DNA of 59,088 nt, the filler included, from Sluysia triapertura (lineage: Eukaryota), in the NCBI GenBank assembly GCA_046118255.1. It is 5 parts of 5 records of this genome, joined end to end, with 100 filler letters (N's around TTAATTAATTAA, not from the genome) between each part and the next. Parts side by side here need not be neighbours in the genome. Positions count along the whole stretch, not along the records: positions 23,040 to 35,554 come from JBJNIA010101878.1; positions 35,655 to 47,752 come from JBJNIA010139726.1; 3 more parts are not named here. The stretch is one strand, 5' to 3'. Below the pieces are notes generated by a model. That model was not told where the DNA came from. It worked only from the letters and a program-made list of their open reading frames with translations, and did no database searches. Position 1 is the stretch's first letter. The number at the start of each line of letters is the position of its first letter. Both the position numbers and the translations under genes were made by a program. Positions 26,290 through 39,049 of this stretch are shown here, one piece after another.

Positions 26290-27900
26290 GTTAAAGAAAT
26301 ATTTCACGAAACTAATTGAAATAAATCAAAATGTGAGTTTTTCATTATCAGACCTAAATCATTTATTTGATCACTCGATGGATCAAAGTTATTCTCAATT
26401 ACTGATATCAACCAGACATTTTATCATACAGATTTAAATGAAGTAGATAAAGAGAAAACAGCATTTTTATATAGTGTTGGATAATATTTTAATCGTATGT
26501 AGTTAGGTATATGTACTGCACCAACAACATATCAGAAACCAATGCACCAAATTTTATAAGAATTACTATTAAAACAAATCGTTTACTTATGATTTAAGCT
26601 GGAATTAAAATGGATTGGGAAAAATATCACTTCTACAGAATCAAGTAGCAATTCTTAGGCCATATTATATTGTAAAACATTATTGTGTCTTATATAACAT
26701 TTTTCCAATAACAAATTCATTGTTTATATTAGATATAGATGCTTATTTCTCCAAAATTGGATAAAATATTGTCTTCGTTTTAAGATAGTAACTTCAAAAT
26801 AAATCTTATTATTTATATTTATATTTTAAATATTACTTATGTGCACACGAATTTATTGTAGGATCACATGATACATTTATGTGATCAAAGTAACCTTTAA
26901 AACTACAATTTCGGCCATGGATAACAATTCTTTCTGAATGAAATTCTGAACTTCAAAAATAAGGAAAATATAAAAATACTCATGTTAGAATATTGCAAAT
27001 GATGTAGCATCGAGAAAACAGGTATCAAATACTTAAATTTAATTTAAATAAAGAATAAATTCAATGAATTCGTACAAAATAATAAGGTTTTCATTTTAAT
27101 CACAAAAGTTTAAACAAATCATTATTAAATATTTTTATAGAAAATGACCAGCTATAAATACCAGTAGAAAATGAATCTATTGAAGAATACATTAATAAAT
27201 TTTATCAATAAAGGTGATAAGTAGTAAATCGCTTTGTCAGATAAAAAGTAAATCAATTTAAAAAGTAAATATTAATTTAGGCGAAATAACTCAGACATTG
27301 AAAGTATAAATATTTTTTAGTAATCATTGAATAGTTTAGTAAAGTATTATATTAGAAGCTATTTTAAATAATTTAATATATGAGTTTGGTAAACCATAAG
27401 AACAGTTTCCTAGAGAGGTCGAAATTTTACATAGAATCTTATAAAAATTCTTAAAATTTAATGAATATTTCCATCACTTTTGCAACACAACTATATCCGG
27501 TTGGCAAGAACAATACACAATAGTTTAAACAATTAAATTTGAAAGAAAATTTTCGTGCAATCAAATTTTAGAAAGAACTGAGTTCACAATGAATAGTACC
27601 AAAAGTCATCGGCATATCACTAATGGAAAAATAAAGCTACATTGGGAAAGAAATATAATGACAAAATCCAATAATGTATCAAAAGCTCGTAAAAATATAG
27701 AATCAGGAATAAAATTAGAATTTTATAAAAGCGAAAAAAGAATCCATCGAGGTTTCAAAGTTGGAAATTTAGTAATGGTTTAAATAACCCTAAACTAGAT
27801 AAAACAGAAATGCGATATGAATGTCCACACAAAATTATATATTTTATATAAACATCAAGTGTGTTTAAATGCCGGATGTGGTAAAATATATTGAAGACAG
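26290..27900 (+). mobile_element. Heavily decayed Ty3/gypsy pol (RT-RNase H-integrase)
   Basis: In order: DLNEVDKEKTAF, FNRM*LGICTAPTTYQKPM (cf. RMPFGLxNAPATFQ), FILDIDA, ANDVASR, EFGKP..GRNF, GFKVGNLVMV. Confidence 0.85.
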
Positions 27901-28923
27901 AGTGGCTAAAATATCCATTAAAAGTTATGTTAATTGAATTATTTAATTAGTGTGTGTATTGAATTAAAAATGATTTTGTAGCTAACAAACAATAAGATAA
28001 CCCCGAGGATCAAAAACTGTAAAGTTATGAATTTATATTTTGTGAAAGTTCTTTTTCATCATTATTTAAAATAATGAAACCGTAAAACGTCGAGTAGTCG
28101 GAATTAAAAAATAAACTACTTGAAATCCCGGCATATTAATATTTTGGTAAACAATGATAATACGTTCATAAATTATACTCGAGTTTTAAATGATGCATTT
28201 ACTGTAAAACAGCTCTGATACCATGCTATTGATATTTTTGATATTTTTATTAAAATATTGATATATTTTACATATGTCGTTTGACAATTCCATTACTCCA
28301 GTTAATTCATAACCACGAATTGTTGAATTGATTTGTAACTACATCTGATTTGGAAACTACATCTGAAAGACCTGCCAGGTGATATACAAAAGATAAACAA
28401 TTACAGAGATGGGAAAAAATAAACCATGATAGAACCCAGAAAACGTTACATAACAATTTCTATAATTATAAAAAACAGCTACTTGATTCACATAATTCGC
28501 GAAAAATATTCTAAATTTTGGTAGTGCAATGTTGATAAAATTTATATTTAATATTAATACAATTGATTATCATAATTTTGATATTAATAATTTTATTGTA
28601 ATGTTTATGATTTATACTGGATATAATGATATGTATGAAGCGCGTTTTATGTATGTGAATCAATGGCTGTGACACCATACTATTAATTATGCCAAGACTT
28701 GAAAAAAATGAATTTCTGTTAATTTTATTGCATCATTTATCAAAAACTTAAATTAGTATCTACTAGATTCGCTATCACAAACTTGAAAAATAAGTTAGTT
28801 AACAATTATGAAGCAACGAAATTACAAAATATTAGTCATAATAATCAAAATGCTTTAGAATTTTTTATGACCATTACTAAGTAAAGATAAATAATGTAAA
28901 TAACAATAAATGTTGTCTCTAAC

Positions 28924-29292
28924 CTGATGACTTTGAAACATGTTTTCTTCTTTAATCATATTCACACGTAAAACAGAATCATTATGTTCTTCATCGTTAT
29001 TTTTCAAAACTTCGATTTTTTTTGCCCAAAAATCGGAAAACAGAAACTGAAACCAAGTTCCAGAACCAGCACCAATTCGATCATTCTTGCTAGTTGTTGT
29101 AGAAATAGTGTTATTACTAAATATAGTAATTATGCTTTTTAAGTTATGATTATTTATTACATTAGTTTCGTAACAAACAAACATATCAGAAATATTGTAA
29201 GCCCAATCGATTGCGTGAATCCAAAATTCTGATTCGTGTTCGAAAGTCAAATTATAAAACTGTTTCAGTGAATCAGGGATAGATTCCCACTC
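28924..29292 (-). CDS. Probable calpain exon (end of the CysPc catalytic domain into domain III), divergent
   Basis: TTTTCTAG|GAGTGG... to CATCAG|GTTAGA, 369 bp, phase 0, open. EWESIPDSLKQFYNLTFEHESEFWIHAIDWAYNISDMFVC resembles calpain EWxxxxxxxKxxLxxxxxxDGEFWMxxxDFxxxFxxLxIC. Followed by RIGAGSG (cf. GxTAGG). Confidence 0.6.
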
Positions 29293-29569
29293 CTAGAAAA
29301 TAAAGAATACATTTTGGAATTTTATGGTTTACATGTACTATTATTAATTTTAGTATTAAAATTAATATAATGAAAATAAAAATGGATTATCAAAGAGAAA
29401 ATATGTTTTTCGCAATTCATTAATAAATTTTTACAAGTAAAAATAAGAACTACTTTTTAAACTAAACTCCATTCTATTACTTATATAACAAAGCCAGAAT
29501 CGAATGAACAACTCTTAAATAAACTAAAATTGTTAAAAACTTAATAACATTAAAACATTAAAATAATAA

Positions 29570-30050
29570 TCGATTCACACTTTCTGCAAATTCATCAAAC
29601 TATTGTGAGAATAAAAGCAGCCAACGAGACAAGTGAAACTGTAGCTCCCAAAAACTCAAATTCAAAATTGTCTAATTCAGGGAAATATTCGAGTGGAATT
29701 TCCTAATAGCAGCAGTCTAACAACCAGTATTGAGAGCAGATATTCTCAGTTATTAAAGCTCCACAATTGTCTCGCATAAAAATACAAATAGATCAACTTA
29801 ATGAAATATTAATTCGTATGTGAAGCAAGTGTATCCCAATTTACTTCGCCAACAATTCAACCCAAATTATACACCTAGCTCGGAGCCCTTTATCAAAACA
29901 CAACTCATTTTACCGTGCAGACAAAGAATAAAACTCTCAAAAAAATCCGTTCTCCGGCAGAGCTCAAAAAAAATGAATTGTGCAACGATATTTATCAACT
30001 TGGGTCGCACCATTCGCATAAGAGGTGACTATCGAATTTTTAGGGATGTA
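29570..30050 (+). mobile_element. Second Ty3/gypsy pol fragment (protease to RT start)
   Basis: FEWNFLIAAV*QPVLRADILSY (cf. FxWxFxIADVxxPILGADFL), then TWVAPF and GDYRI. Confidence 0.75.
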
Positions 30051-32016
30051 TAAAAAATGATTCTGAATTTTTAATTTTATCATTTTTGCTCCTGCAAATA
30101 TATTTTAGCATTAGTTTTCTTTCAATGTTTATATGAAATTGTTTTTTAGAATTTAATATTTATTTTAAACTTTAAGAATTTAAAAGCCGCTTAAGACCGT
30201 CAAAACCAAAACAACGAAATTGAAACAAACAATTAATCATTTAAAACAATGAAAACTCAAAAACGAACGGTTAATTAAAAGCAAAACAAAAAATATTAAT
30301 CTGACACAGTTCGTATCCAAAATTTTATTACATTTAATTCCAACAACGTTCGATATTATATTAAAATGAACACAGAGAAAATATTCAAAGTATTAAATAT
30401 TTTAGTATCAAAATTTATAGTATCTTTTTCAACAACATTAATACAAACAAAATTACATTTATAATTCTTTCTTAAATATTGTATCCACCTGACAATCAAT
30501 GATAAGATATTTAGAACGAATAAGATATATAGAAACTAAAATTCATTTCTAAGGCTTGTTGTAAGAACTCCCTTGTTCTCCACCATTCAGAGCTAGTTGT
30601 AATCATCATATGAAGAATAAATATAACAAAAATCAGAAAATGGGTTTCATGTTCAAATCGCTCGTCAAACACTCAAAACTGTGTTACAATTATTTTTAGC
30701 TAAAACATTTAACATAAAATTTGTAACAAATATTGCAAGTATAAACGAAGAAATATTAGCAAGGTGTACGCCAAAACTGAGAATTGAATACAGATTTGGT
30801 TTATTTAATGTAAATTTGATTTAAATCAGTGTTCACAATATTTCTAGTTTCAATATGATAATAAATGGCAAAGAAATGGTATATTATAAAAATTAGGACT
30901 GTTATAATAAATGCTTGAAATTAATTTTTGAAATTGAAATACCAAAATATAAATAAATATTGAAAATGTTTGTGTGCTTGAATAAATAATATTAATAACA
31001 AATATTAAATGATTGTTGAATAATGAATTATGAATATAATTACTGAATGGTTAATGAAATATGAATGTTGATGCTGAAATTACAATCAGTGTTATGCTAA
31101 AAAATTGATAGTATGAATAATTTTAGTTTAAATTTTACTGTTTAAAAAATTACACATTAATTTCGTAACAAATTTAATACGTAAAATTTATCTGTAATAA
31201 TTTTGTAATAAATCAATTTAACTAATAAATTCTATACAAAATTTAATAGTAATAATAGTAATTTAATAAAAATAATTTTTTGTACATATTAAAAATAGAA
31301 TAAGTTAAAAAAGAATTACAATAAAGGAGAAAAACGATTTCAGTTTTCGAGTTAAACATAATTTTAATAATCATTTCATAAATTTTATTAATTAATTTCG
31401 AATTTGAATCTATCAAACGACTTGGTATCTACATTAATAAATCATATTCGGCAGACAAATTATTTGATTGTTCAAATTTTCAGAGATTATCGAGCAATTC
31501 AGAATTACCGATCAATTTCCAAACTCGGATTTGACAAATTACATTTTTTAGTTTTCTTTTTTCTGCATTTATTAAAATAAAAAATTAACTTTATTTTAAA
31601 AAAATTATAAACTTTTTTTGTTTTATTTAAAGTTTATAATAATATAATTTAAAATATAATTTTATTTGTGCTTGTTAATAAATATTTGATTGAATCAAAA
31701 ATATTACTTTATAATTTTCTAACTAGCACTTTTATTTTTAAGAACAGAGACAAGTATCGAACTCATTATCCGAAAGATATTAAATAAGTTAAGCACAAAG
31801 TTAATTAAATACAGAGAGAATTTTAATTTTAAAGAAAATATACTATTTTTGTTATTTTTATATTTAAAATTACAAATTTTAAAATTAGAATTAAATGCAA
31901 TAATAATTTTTTTAATTTTTGGACTTTTATTCTCGGCTTAAGGCCGTTAAAAGCATATAACATAAACATTTCAATTGTAGCCGATTTAATTAAAACACAA
32001 CAATAACATAACAAAC

Positions 32017-32268
32017 TTATATTCGATATATAACATTTATATAGAACAAGTTAAACAAAATTAGTAGAACGATATAAAAACCGCTAACAGTTTTGGTTAT
32101 TGATAGTTTTGGACTTAGTAACTTGACGCATGCAGCATAGACACTTATAACGATTAAAAATTTATGGCAAGCAAAGCTCGTATATCGAATAATATTAATT
32201 ATTACATCGCGACAAAAAATAACCAAAAACACCAAAGCAAAACTTACCCAAACATGCCGATGGGGCAA
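32017..32268 (-). pseudogene. Three-segment hydrophobic membrane ORF remnant
   Basis: VWVSFALVFLVIF / FLIVISVYAACV / GFYIVLLILFNLFYINVIY. Followed by the CUUAA hairpin at 31934-31946. Confidence 0.4.
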
Positions 32269-32877
32269 TGAACCGCGAATAAAACTAAGTCTTGTTAATA
32301 ATAAACTTGTAAGTTCTGCTAAATCCGCAAAAATTCCTGTCTGCTTTTTACATGTAAATATATTCTTATTTTACTGGAATGTCTTAAGCTTATATTAATT
32401 ATTTCAGCTTTAGGAAAAAATTACCTTAATAGCTTATAGTTATAGTTATAGTGATTGTAAAAAATACTTTATACTCGTTTCAAAAATGATAACATTTTCA
32501 TTACTGCAATCAAGGTAACCTACGTATAATCCACTTTTAGTATTTATATGGTTATTTTCGGATGACGTACATTGAAATTTTATATCAAATATTGTAAATT
32601 CGAATAAGATGGAAAAATTACGAGAATGTATTTTTGAAACATAGTAGTACTGAATTTAGTAAGTGTATTGAGTTGAGTTTCACTCCCGAAAAACATTTTC
32701 TTTTGATAACCTCTTGCACTTATTTGGTGAATCAACAACATAAAGAACATTTAGGACAATAAAAACGTAGATGCACGACTTCATCAACAGTTTAATGTTC
32801 ATAGTAAACATGATAGTAAATTTTTTAATTATTAATTTTTTTATCATTATATGAATCAGAAGTCGAAATTCGTGTTC

Positions 32878-32955
<78 letters not shown>

Positions 32956-34174
32956 TAAATTTTAGTTTCTGTATTGTTATGATTATTGTGACTGTATTGT
33001 GAATATATGTTGAATTTGCGTTGTTGTGTCATGTGAAGACTGTTTCTGTTTTATTTATGTCGTTTGTTGATTTGATATTTTGTATTAGATCGTGTTGAAG
33101 TTTGCTTAATATTTTATTTGTGAGAAATTAGTTGGATTGTGTTGATGTTTGCCTGTTTGTGTTTATGATCATGTTTTTGCTTTGAGCTCACTACGCGAAT
33201 GCTTAACAATATTTGACGCCTTTTGATATCTCTTATCACGCATATCCTTAGACCAAGGTAAATAGTATTTATTAGAAAATATTCAAATTTTGAATGAATT
33301 GAAATTTAATTTAATAGATTTTCTTGAGCATAAATAAATTTCATTTATAAGACTATTATTGTTATGAATCATGACATGAAATTTATCGTTGTTGCTGTGA
33401 ACTTATATTTGTCAACGTAACTTTGATATGTTAAAATTTCATTTAAAGCTTCGTTGATAAAAATTTTCACTTATGATTAATTGAAAACTGTACGAGCATT
33501 TACTTTAAGTAAATTGGTTATAGTAAATCATAATTGAATTTTAAATTTAAATACTATTATAGAATGGTACTTCATAAGAATATTGATATGACTATTTATA
33601 TTAAATTGATTCATAATTACTTTATCATTTAGTGATTCAGAAAGCTGACCATATTTTATTTCAACCTCAACACCACATTTACAGAAGAGTGAGGAATTTA
33701 TTTCATAACATTTTTCATCTGGAACTTTATTCATAATGAAAATTACATTGATTGGGAATAATAGAATCTTTACGTTGACTTGAGCTATTTCAATACTGAA
33801 CAGTCGTAATTGTATCGTATAGTCTATTAACTTCAGAACAAACTAATATATTTTTAAAATCGTCGTTAAGACTAATAGAACGACTCGGTACCATAACCTT
33901 TGTCACTAATCGACTCTTAAAATTATGATCGAAATGTTTGGATATATTGAATTTCGTTGTAACATGATCTTGAACTATTATATCGAGTGTACGAGTGTAT
34001 CATTATTACGGTACCTTAATTTGAAATGGCTTTCTAATTTAGCTATTTTATACTTAACAGTGGCTTTAATATAGATACAACATTAGAATCAATCAATGGA
34101 CTGTATGATTTTAAAGATTTTTATGAGTTTGAATCGCGCAGCATAAATTTTGCGTGAAATCTTGATGTGATGTA

Positions 34175-34280
34175 AATCACAATTATCATAGATAATAATC
34201 ATAAATAATAGAATCACAATTATCATAGATAATAATCATAAATAATAGAATCACAATTATCATAGATAATAATCATAAAT
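34175..34280. repeat. 37-bp tandem repeat x~2.9
   Basis: AATCACAATTATCATAGATAATAATCATAAATAATAG starts at 34175, 34212 and 34249. Confidence 0.92.
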
Positions 34281-34887
34281 GGTAGATTGCTTGTCCTTTC
34301 AGAAATGGAAAACTTTCATAAATATTAATTTCAGTGGTTTCGTTGAATATCTTATGCGTCGATTTCCTATAGTATAATTGAATAAGTTTGCTTCAAAGGT
34401 ATAAATAACAATAGGTTGATTTTCTTGATTACATCTACCATTGACTTTAATAACGTTTGGATTATAATTTTTAATATCCAATAAAAGACGCAGATTTTCT
34501 AACTCAATATTGAACACAATTATCCGCAGTTTCGCAAAATAAATTTAGCAATGTAAGACAAATTAAACATAAAAACTCAACGACAAAGATTTGAAAAAAA
34601 TCTCAGAAGTTCGAACTTACTTGGAAGTGCGGTAATTAAATATTTTGATTTAATATTTTTAATTAGGTTGAACCAATGGAATAGAAATTGACAACTATTG
34701 TAGCCAATCCACATTTCATTAGACAATTAAGAAAGTCACTACGCAGTGACTAAATTAACTGAGTTTTCCACAATAGTGAGAACAATAATATTGATTATTT
34801 TAATTAATAATATCGGTGGTAACTACCAACATTATTTCATGATTATATTTATTATTATTTTAGTTTGTATTTTGATATAATATTGAT

Positions 34888-35502
34888 TTATAAAATAATA
34901 CATACATACATATATGTTGTGGGCGTTATTAAAGCTATTAATTTACGTAGTTTAACCTTAGTTGAACAAAAAACAATTAAAACAAAGCTATTTTTATTTA
35001 TTTTGTTATTATTTACTAAAATGGGCTTAAGGCCCAGAGTTATTAGAAATAAACAAATAATTAAAGTAATTGAAGACATAACAAGATTCAACAACATTAT
35101 GTTATTTACAAAAAAATGTATTAAATAAGATTCTTTTAAATATAAAATGAACAAATAACAAATAAAATTTTCAACGATTAACACAGCATGCGTACCTTGT
35201 ATTAAATAGTCCATCGATTCTTCTTTTTCTGCTTTATCTACACCTTCCAGACTTCCATCGAGGGAATCATCATCTATGGGTGAAACGATGTCGTAAAGTA
35301 TCCATTTTGTAATTTTCGTGAAATATAATGTCAAATAGACGAGGAAAATACCAAATATAATTGATAATTGATGATGTGCCGTAATTGTACCACGAAATAA
35401 CGTTTGAGAAGTTTCTGCCAAATATACTGATGCTATAACAATTGTCAACATAGCATTTATATATAATATAGAACGATTTATGTAGAAAAACATTATATTC
35501 AT
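34888..35502 (-). CDS. 204-aa multi-pass membrane ORF of unknown family
   Basis: Longest ORF in the window. About four hydrophobic helices with an acidic loop (PIDDDSLDGSLEGVDKAEKEES) that is unlikely in random AT-rich DNA. Confidence 0.45.
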   Translation of the reverse strand: MNIMFFYINRSILYINAMLTIVIASVYLAETSQTLFRGTITAHHQLSIIFGIFLVYLTLYFTKITKWILYDIVSPIDDDSLDGSLEGVDKAEKEESMDYLIQGTHAVLIVENFICYLFILYLKESYLIHFFVNNIMLLNLVMSSITLIICLFLITLGLKPILVNNNKINKNSFVLIVFCSTKVKLRKLIALITPTTYMYVCIIL

Positions 35503-35654
35503 TTTTACGAAATTTAAAACTGTAAATGAACCAACAATAACTCCAATAAAAACANNNNNNNNNNNNNNNNNNNNNNNNNNNNNNNNNNNNNNNNNNNNTT
35601 AATTAATTAANNNNNNNNNNNNNNNNNNNNNNNNNNNNNNNNNNNNNNNNNNNN

Positions 35655-36031
35655 GGATACTATGAAACTATTAATCAAAAGTGTATAAAAACATTGTCAC
35701 GGAAAATGCAAAATGTTGGAAAATAACTACTGTCTCCAAAAAATTCTGGTGAAATTAAAATAATAGATAAAAATACTGAGATCCAAAGCTTACAGAAATT
35801 TTATTCATGTAGGTAGAATGATAACACAAATAATTTCCTGATCATTAAAGGCAAAAGTATTTGATCTCGTCATCGTGATGCCATACTTTGATCATGGTGA
35901 TTGATGTATGGGTAGAAACTCTCCTTTTGACAATCTACCACAGATTTTCTATGGGATTCATGTCTGGAGAGCAAATATTAAGAAAACCAAAGAAAAACAT
36001 TTTTCCCGTTTTAGTCTAATAATTTGTTTGG
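35655..36031 (-). mobile_element. Tc1-family deleted element, copy 2
   Basis: Reverse complement of 18349-18830 (TCTCCAGACATGAATCCCATAGAAAATCTGTGG). Truncated at the gap. Confidence 0.9.
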
Positions 36032-36320
36032 TTTTATATAATTATACTTGATTGAAATAATATATTTATTTAAAAACTTTACTAATAAAATTAATTTAAA
36101 TTCATTAAAATCTATTATTGCAAATTGAAAACAATAACTAAAAATATCTATATTAATTAAAACTTTATAAAAACTGAATCTTTTTACAGATTGTCCTAAT
36201 TTTTTTGAAGATACCACGTAATAAACTTCATACGGTTCTCTTAAAAAAGTTCGGCATAGAAAATAGTCGAAGTTAATAAAAATAAAGAAAAATAGAAAAT
36301 TACTTATGGCTCGTCGTGTA

Positions 36321-36584
36321 TTACGGGGTCCAATGGAACGTTGATGCGATTGCCATCGATAGTTTTAGTATCTTAAATAGATAATTTTTCCAAATGTAAT
36401 ATGCTTCCAAAGGTTGATAAGAGAGTTTGCATTCTCTTGTAGTGATCATTATCATTTGACGAACGACTAATAGTACATTGCATTCGAAAACTCCATGACA
36501 ATATTTGCAATTCTTATTATATCTGGAGCATTCTCCTGTTTCAGTTAATTGGTATAAACAAAGATCTGTTTTCTCGACACTCAC
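36321..36584 (-). pseudogene. CCCH zinc-finger ORF (element copy B)
   Basis: KTDLCLYQLTETGECSRYNKNCKYCHG has the same C-x9-C-x6-C-x3-H spacing as copy A. Confidence 0.65.
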
Positions 36585-37356
36585 TATAATTTTTCAGACA
36601 TTCTGATCGTTTACAGTTACATTCCTTATGATGCAACTTTTGTCGTTGTCCAGAACCTATTTTAGGTACAAATGACATTGGATCTTTATTCAAAATCCTC
36701 AACAGAGGTGACGAATGATTTTTTCATGAATCAAATTATTCATACGATTGTTGCAGTTATAATTGACACATAATTTATCTCGAGCAGAACATTCACAATA
36801 TAACTTTAAACAATATGATTTTTGTATAAATATATGGACTTTCATGATTATCAAAAACAGAATCAATTTGATTAAGAGTTAATAATAATACAATAGAACA
36901 ATAATTTCCATTCATTTGCTCGAGTTTAACAATCTTTTCATTCTGAGTAACTTTAGTGGTTTGAATTTCCTTCGTTCTGGATTTTTGATTGTTGCATGAT
37001 TCTTTATCATTTAAATTAGATAATATTCGTTTTACAGCTTGTATCATTAAGATATTGTAAATAAATTAAAAAATATTTAAATAGATAAGCACATAAAAAG
37101 GTAATAATATTTCTTTACACGATACTTAATATAAAACACAAATTGCTTTATAATTAGCTATCATTGGGCATCCAATGAGAAAAAGATTATAAATATACCA
37201 AGAGTAGTAATGATTGGATGTCCAATCGAAATGTAAGGTGCGAACAAAAAGGTAAATGTATCCCTGTGTACTTGTAAATGTGTGCCTGTCACCATAGGAA
37301 TTTCAAAGTTAATGATTACAAAATGTGAAATGGTGACAGGTGATGAAGTTTTTTAA

Positions 37357-37587
37357 CCTTTATCGTACGCTATTTATATTGATTTGTATTACCTGCCGGA
37401 CGGAATTAATTTGCAAAAGGTGTGATCAGGTGCAAATATTTACTTAAAATAACATAGCTCACGTACTATTTACACTAGATTTATGAAACGAAAACGAAAT
37501 TAAAGAGAATGGAATTTTCTATATTCCTATAATTCGGCAAACGAGTACAAACATTGGTTAATATATTAACCATTCGTACGATAAAGG
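37357..37587. mobile_element. piggyBac-type MITE, 231 bp
   Basis: TTAA-CCTTTATCGTACG ... CGTACGATAAAGG-TTAA: perfect 13-bp TIRs with TTAA target duplication. Confidence 0.9.
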
Positions 37588-37679
37588 TTAATAAAGGTCT
37601 ATCAAGACTAACAGAAACTAAATTAAAATTTTTATTAATAACGTTGAGACAATTAAGAATGATGATAATAAAAAATAAT

Positions 37680-38381
37680 AATAATGATATTAAAAATTAT
37701 AATAAAGTAAATGAATAAAATAAAATAATAATATTAAAATAAAACAAAATAAATGCATAACTTGTTGTTCTTTTCACACAATCTTTCTTTTGTTACTTTT
37801 TCATTGTTCTTTTTAAAAAAATGAAGTTTTCTTAATATGGTTCTTTTAAAGATCTTTAAAAAATTTTAGTTTATGAAATTCTTTTTAATAAACCAGAAAG
37901 AAAATGATAATGATAATAACTGAAAATTGAATAAAAGAGATAATACTAAAACACAAATTTTTCTTCATAGAAATCTGATTCTTTCATTTCGAATAAAAAT
38001 TTATTAAATAGAATTCCTTTAATTATGTCTGATTATCTTTTCAAAGTCTAAGAAGAAGTAAAATAATAATAATAATGACACGCAGTTATAGATGTTAAAA
38101 GAAATTCCGTTTTGGTTTTGACGTGTGAATTTACTGTTTTTCAATGATATTAATGATTGAATGTTGAAGAATTATGAACTTTAAATGTTTTGAATCAATT
38201 TTGAAATGTACGATTGAAAATTTTAAATGTAAATTATGATTTTATTGTTATGAAACTGTGAACTTAAAATGATCTAAAGTATTGACAATTTTAAATAATC
38301 CTAAAAGAATTGAATTATTGAATATTCTGAAGAGTGGTTTTTATGTCTACTGTTAAGTTAAAATTTTAAGATATTTGGTTG

Positions 38382-38385
<4 letters not shown>
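37680..38385 (-). repeat. Strand-skewed periodic tract, copy B; further partial copies at 30930-31150 (-) and 53500-53760 (+)
   Basis: Shared units such as GTTTTGAATCAATTTTGAAATGTACGATTGA...ATGTAAATTATGA with 42240-42480. Confidence 0.7.
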
Positions 38386-38412
<27 letters not shown>

Positions 38413-38417
<5 letters not shown>

Positions 38418-38709
38418 AAAACTAACCTCTGTCTGGCCCTGTGCATTATTTTAAATTCGGGCCCTCATACATCAAGAATTATATTTGTAATGAATAGTGT
38501 ACATATTCAAAAAGTATATAAAAAATAAAAACCAAACAGCAAATACATGGAAGAAGAAAACTACTTTAAGAATATCGTCAGCATACATAAATCGGCCAAG
38601 CAGTTTATTTAATAAGCAGGTAAATTTAATTAGTCGTTTAGATTAGATATGTGTTGTTCTTTATGGGAGAAATTTCATTCGTCGGCCCACAGACCTAGTT
38701 ACGGCTCTG
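38413..38709. mobile_element. hAT-like MITE next to a (TA)n run
   Basis: Right end GGCCCACAGACCTAGTTACGGCTCTG. Degenerate left end GCCAAAACTAACCTCTGTCTGGCCC...GGGCCC. Confidence 0.55.
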
Positions 38710-39049
38710 AAATCATTAACTATCTAAGATTAGTTTATCGTGTGTTCGAATTATAATATGTTGTATAAAATTACAAAGCATTGAAAAATCGAAGTCACAC
38801 TTTTATCAATGATTAAAATATTTTATGCTATACTTAAGTCAATGTAATTTTAATTGTTTTTATAAAACATTGTTTGATTAATAATTAAAAACTATTAGTA
38901 TTGTAATTGTAACTGCTTTATCCCATAACTTTATTAAGGTATGTAAAGAAGGATCAATATTAAACATAATTAGATTATTAAGTGCTACTTACATTAATGT
39001 TTTTTATACTTTCATCGTACCGAATATTGCTAAAATGTCATGGCAACTG

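Larger units (their letters stand above)
30150..38385 (-). mobile_element. Unclassified multi-gene element, copy B (extent inferred; crosses a gap linker)
   Basis: Minus-strand order: skewed tract, inverted-repeat cluster, ORF 36793-37047, CCCH ORF, TM ORF with hairpin, Cys-containing decayed ORFs, TM ORF with hairpin, second skewed tract, hydrophobic remnant with degenerate hairpin. Confidence 0.45.

Noticed and set aside
28920-28945. CTGATGA-CTTT-GAAAC hammerhead-like string
   Set aside because: No stem II or stem I, and it is the antisense of the calpain-like exon end.
30187-30206. Minus-strand TTTGACGGTCTTAA resembling flatworm spliced-leader 5' sequence
   Set aside because: No leader-ending ATG|GT donor or Sm site follows. 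Better explained as a degenerate CUUAA hairpin copy.
34175-34280. 37-bp repeats of CRISPR-like length
   Set aside because: Head-to-tail with no spacers, no cas genes, eukaryotic context.
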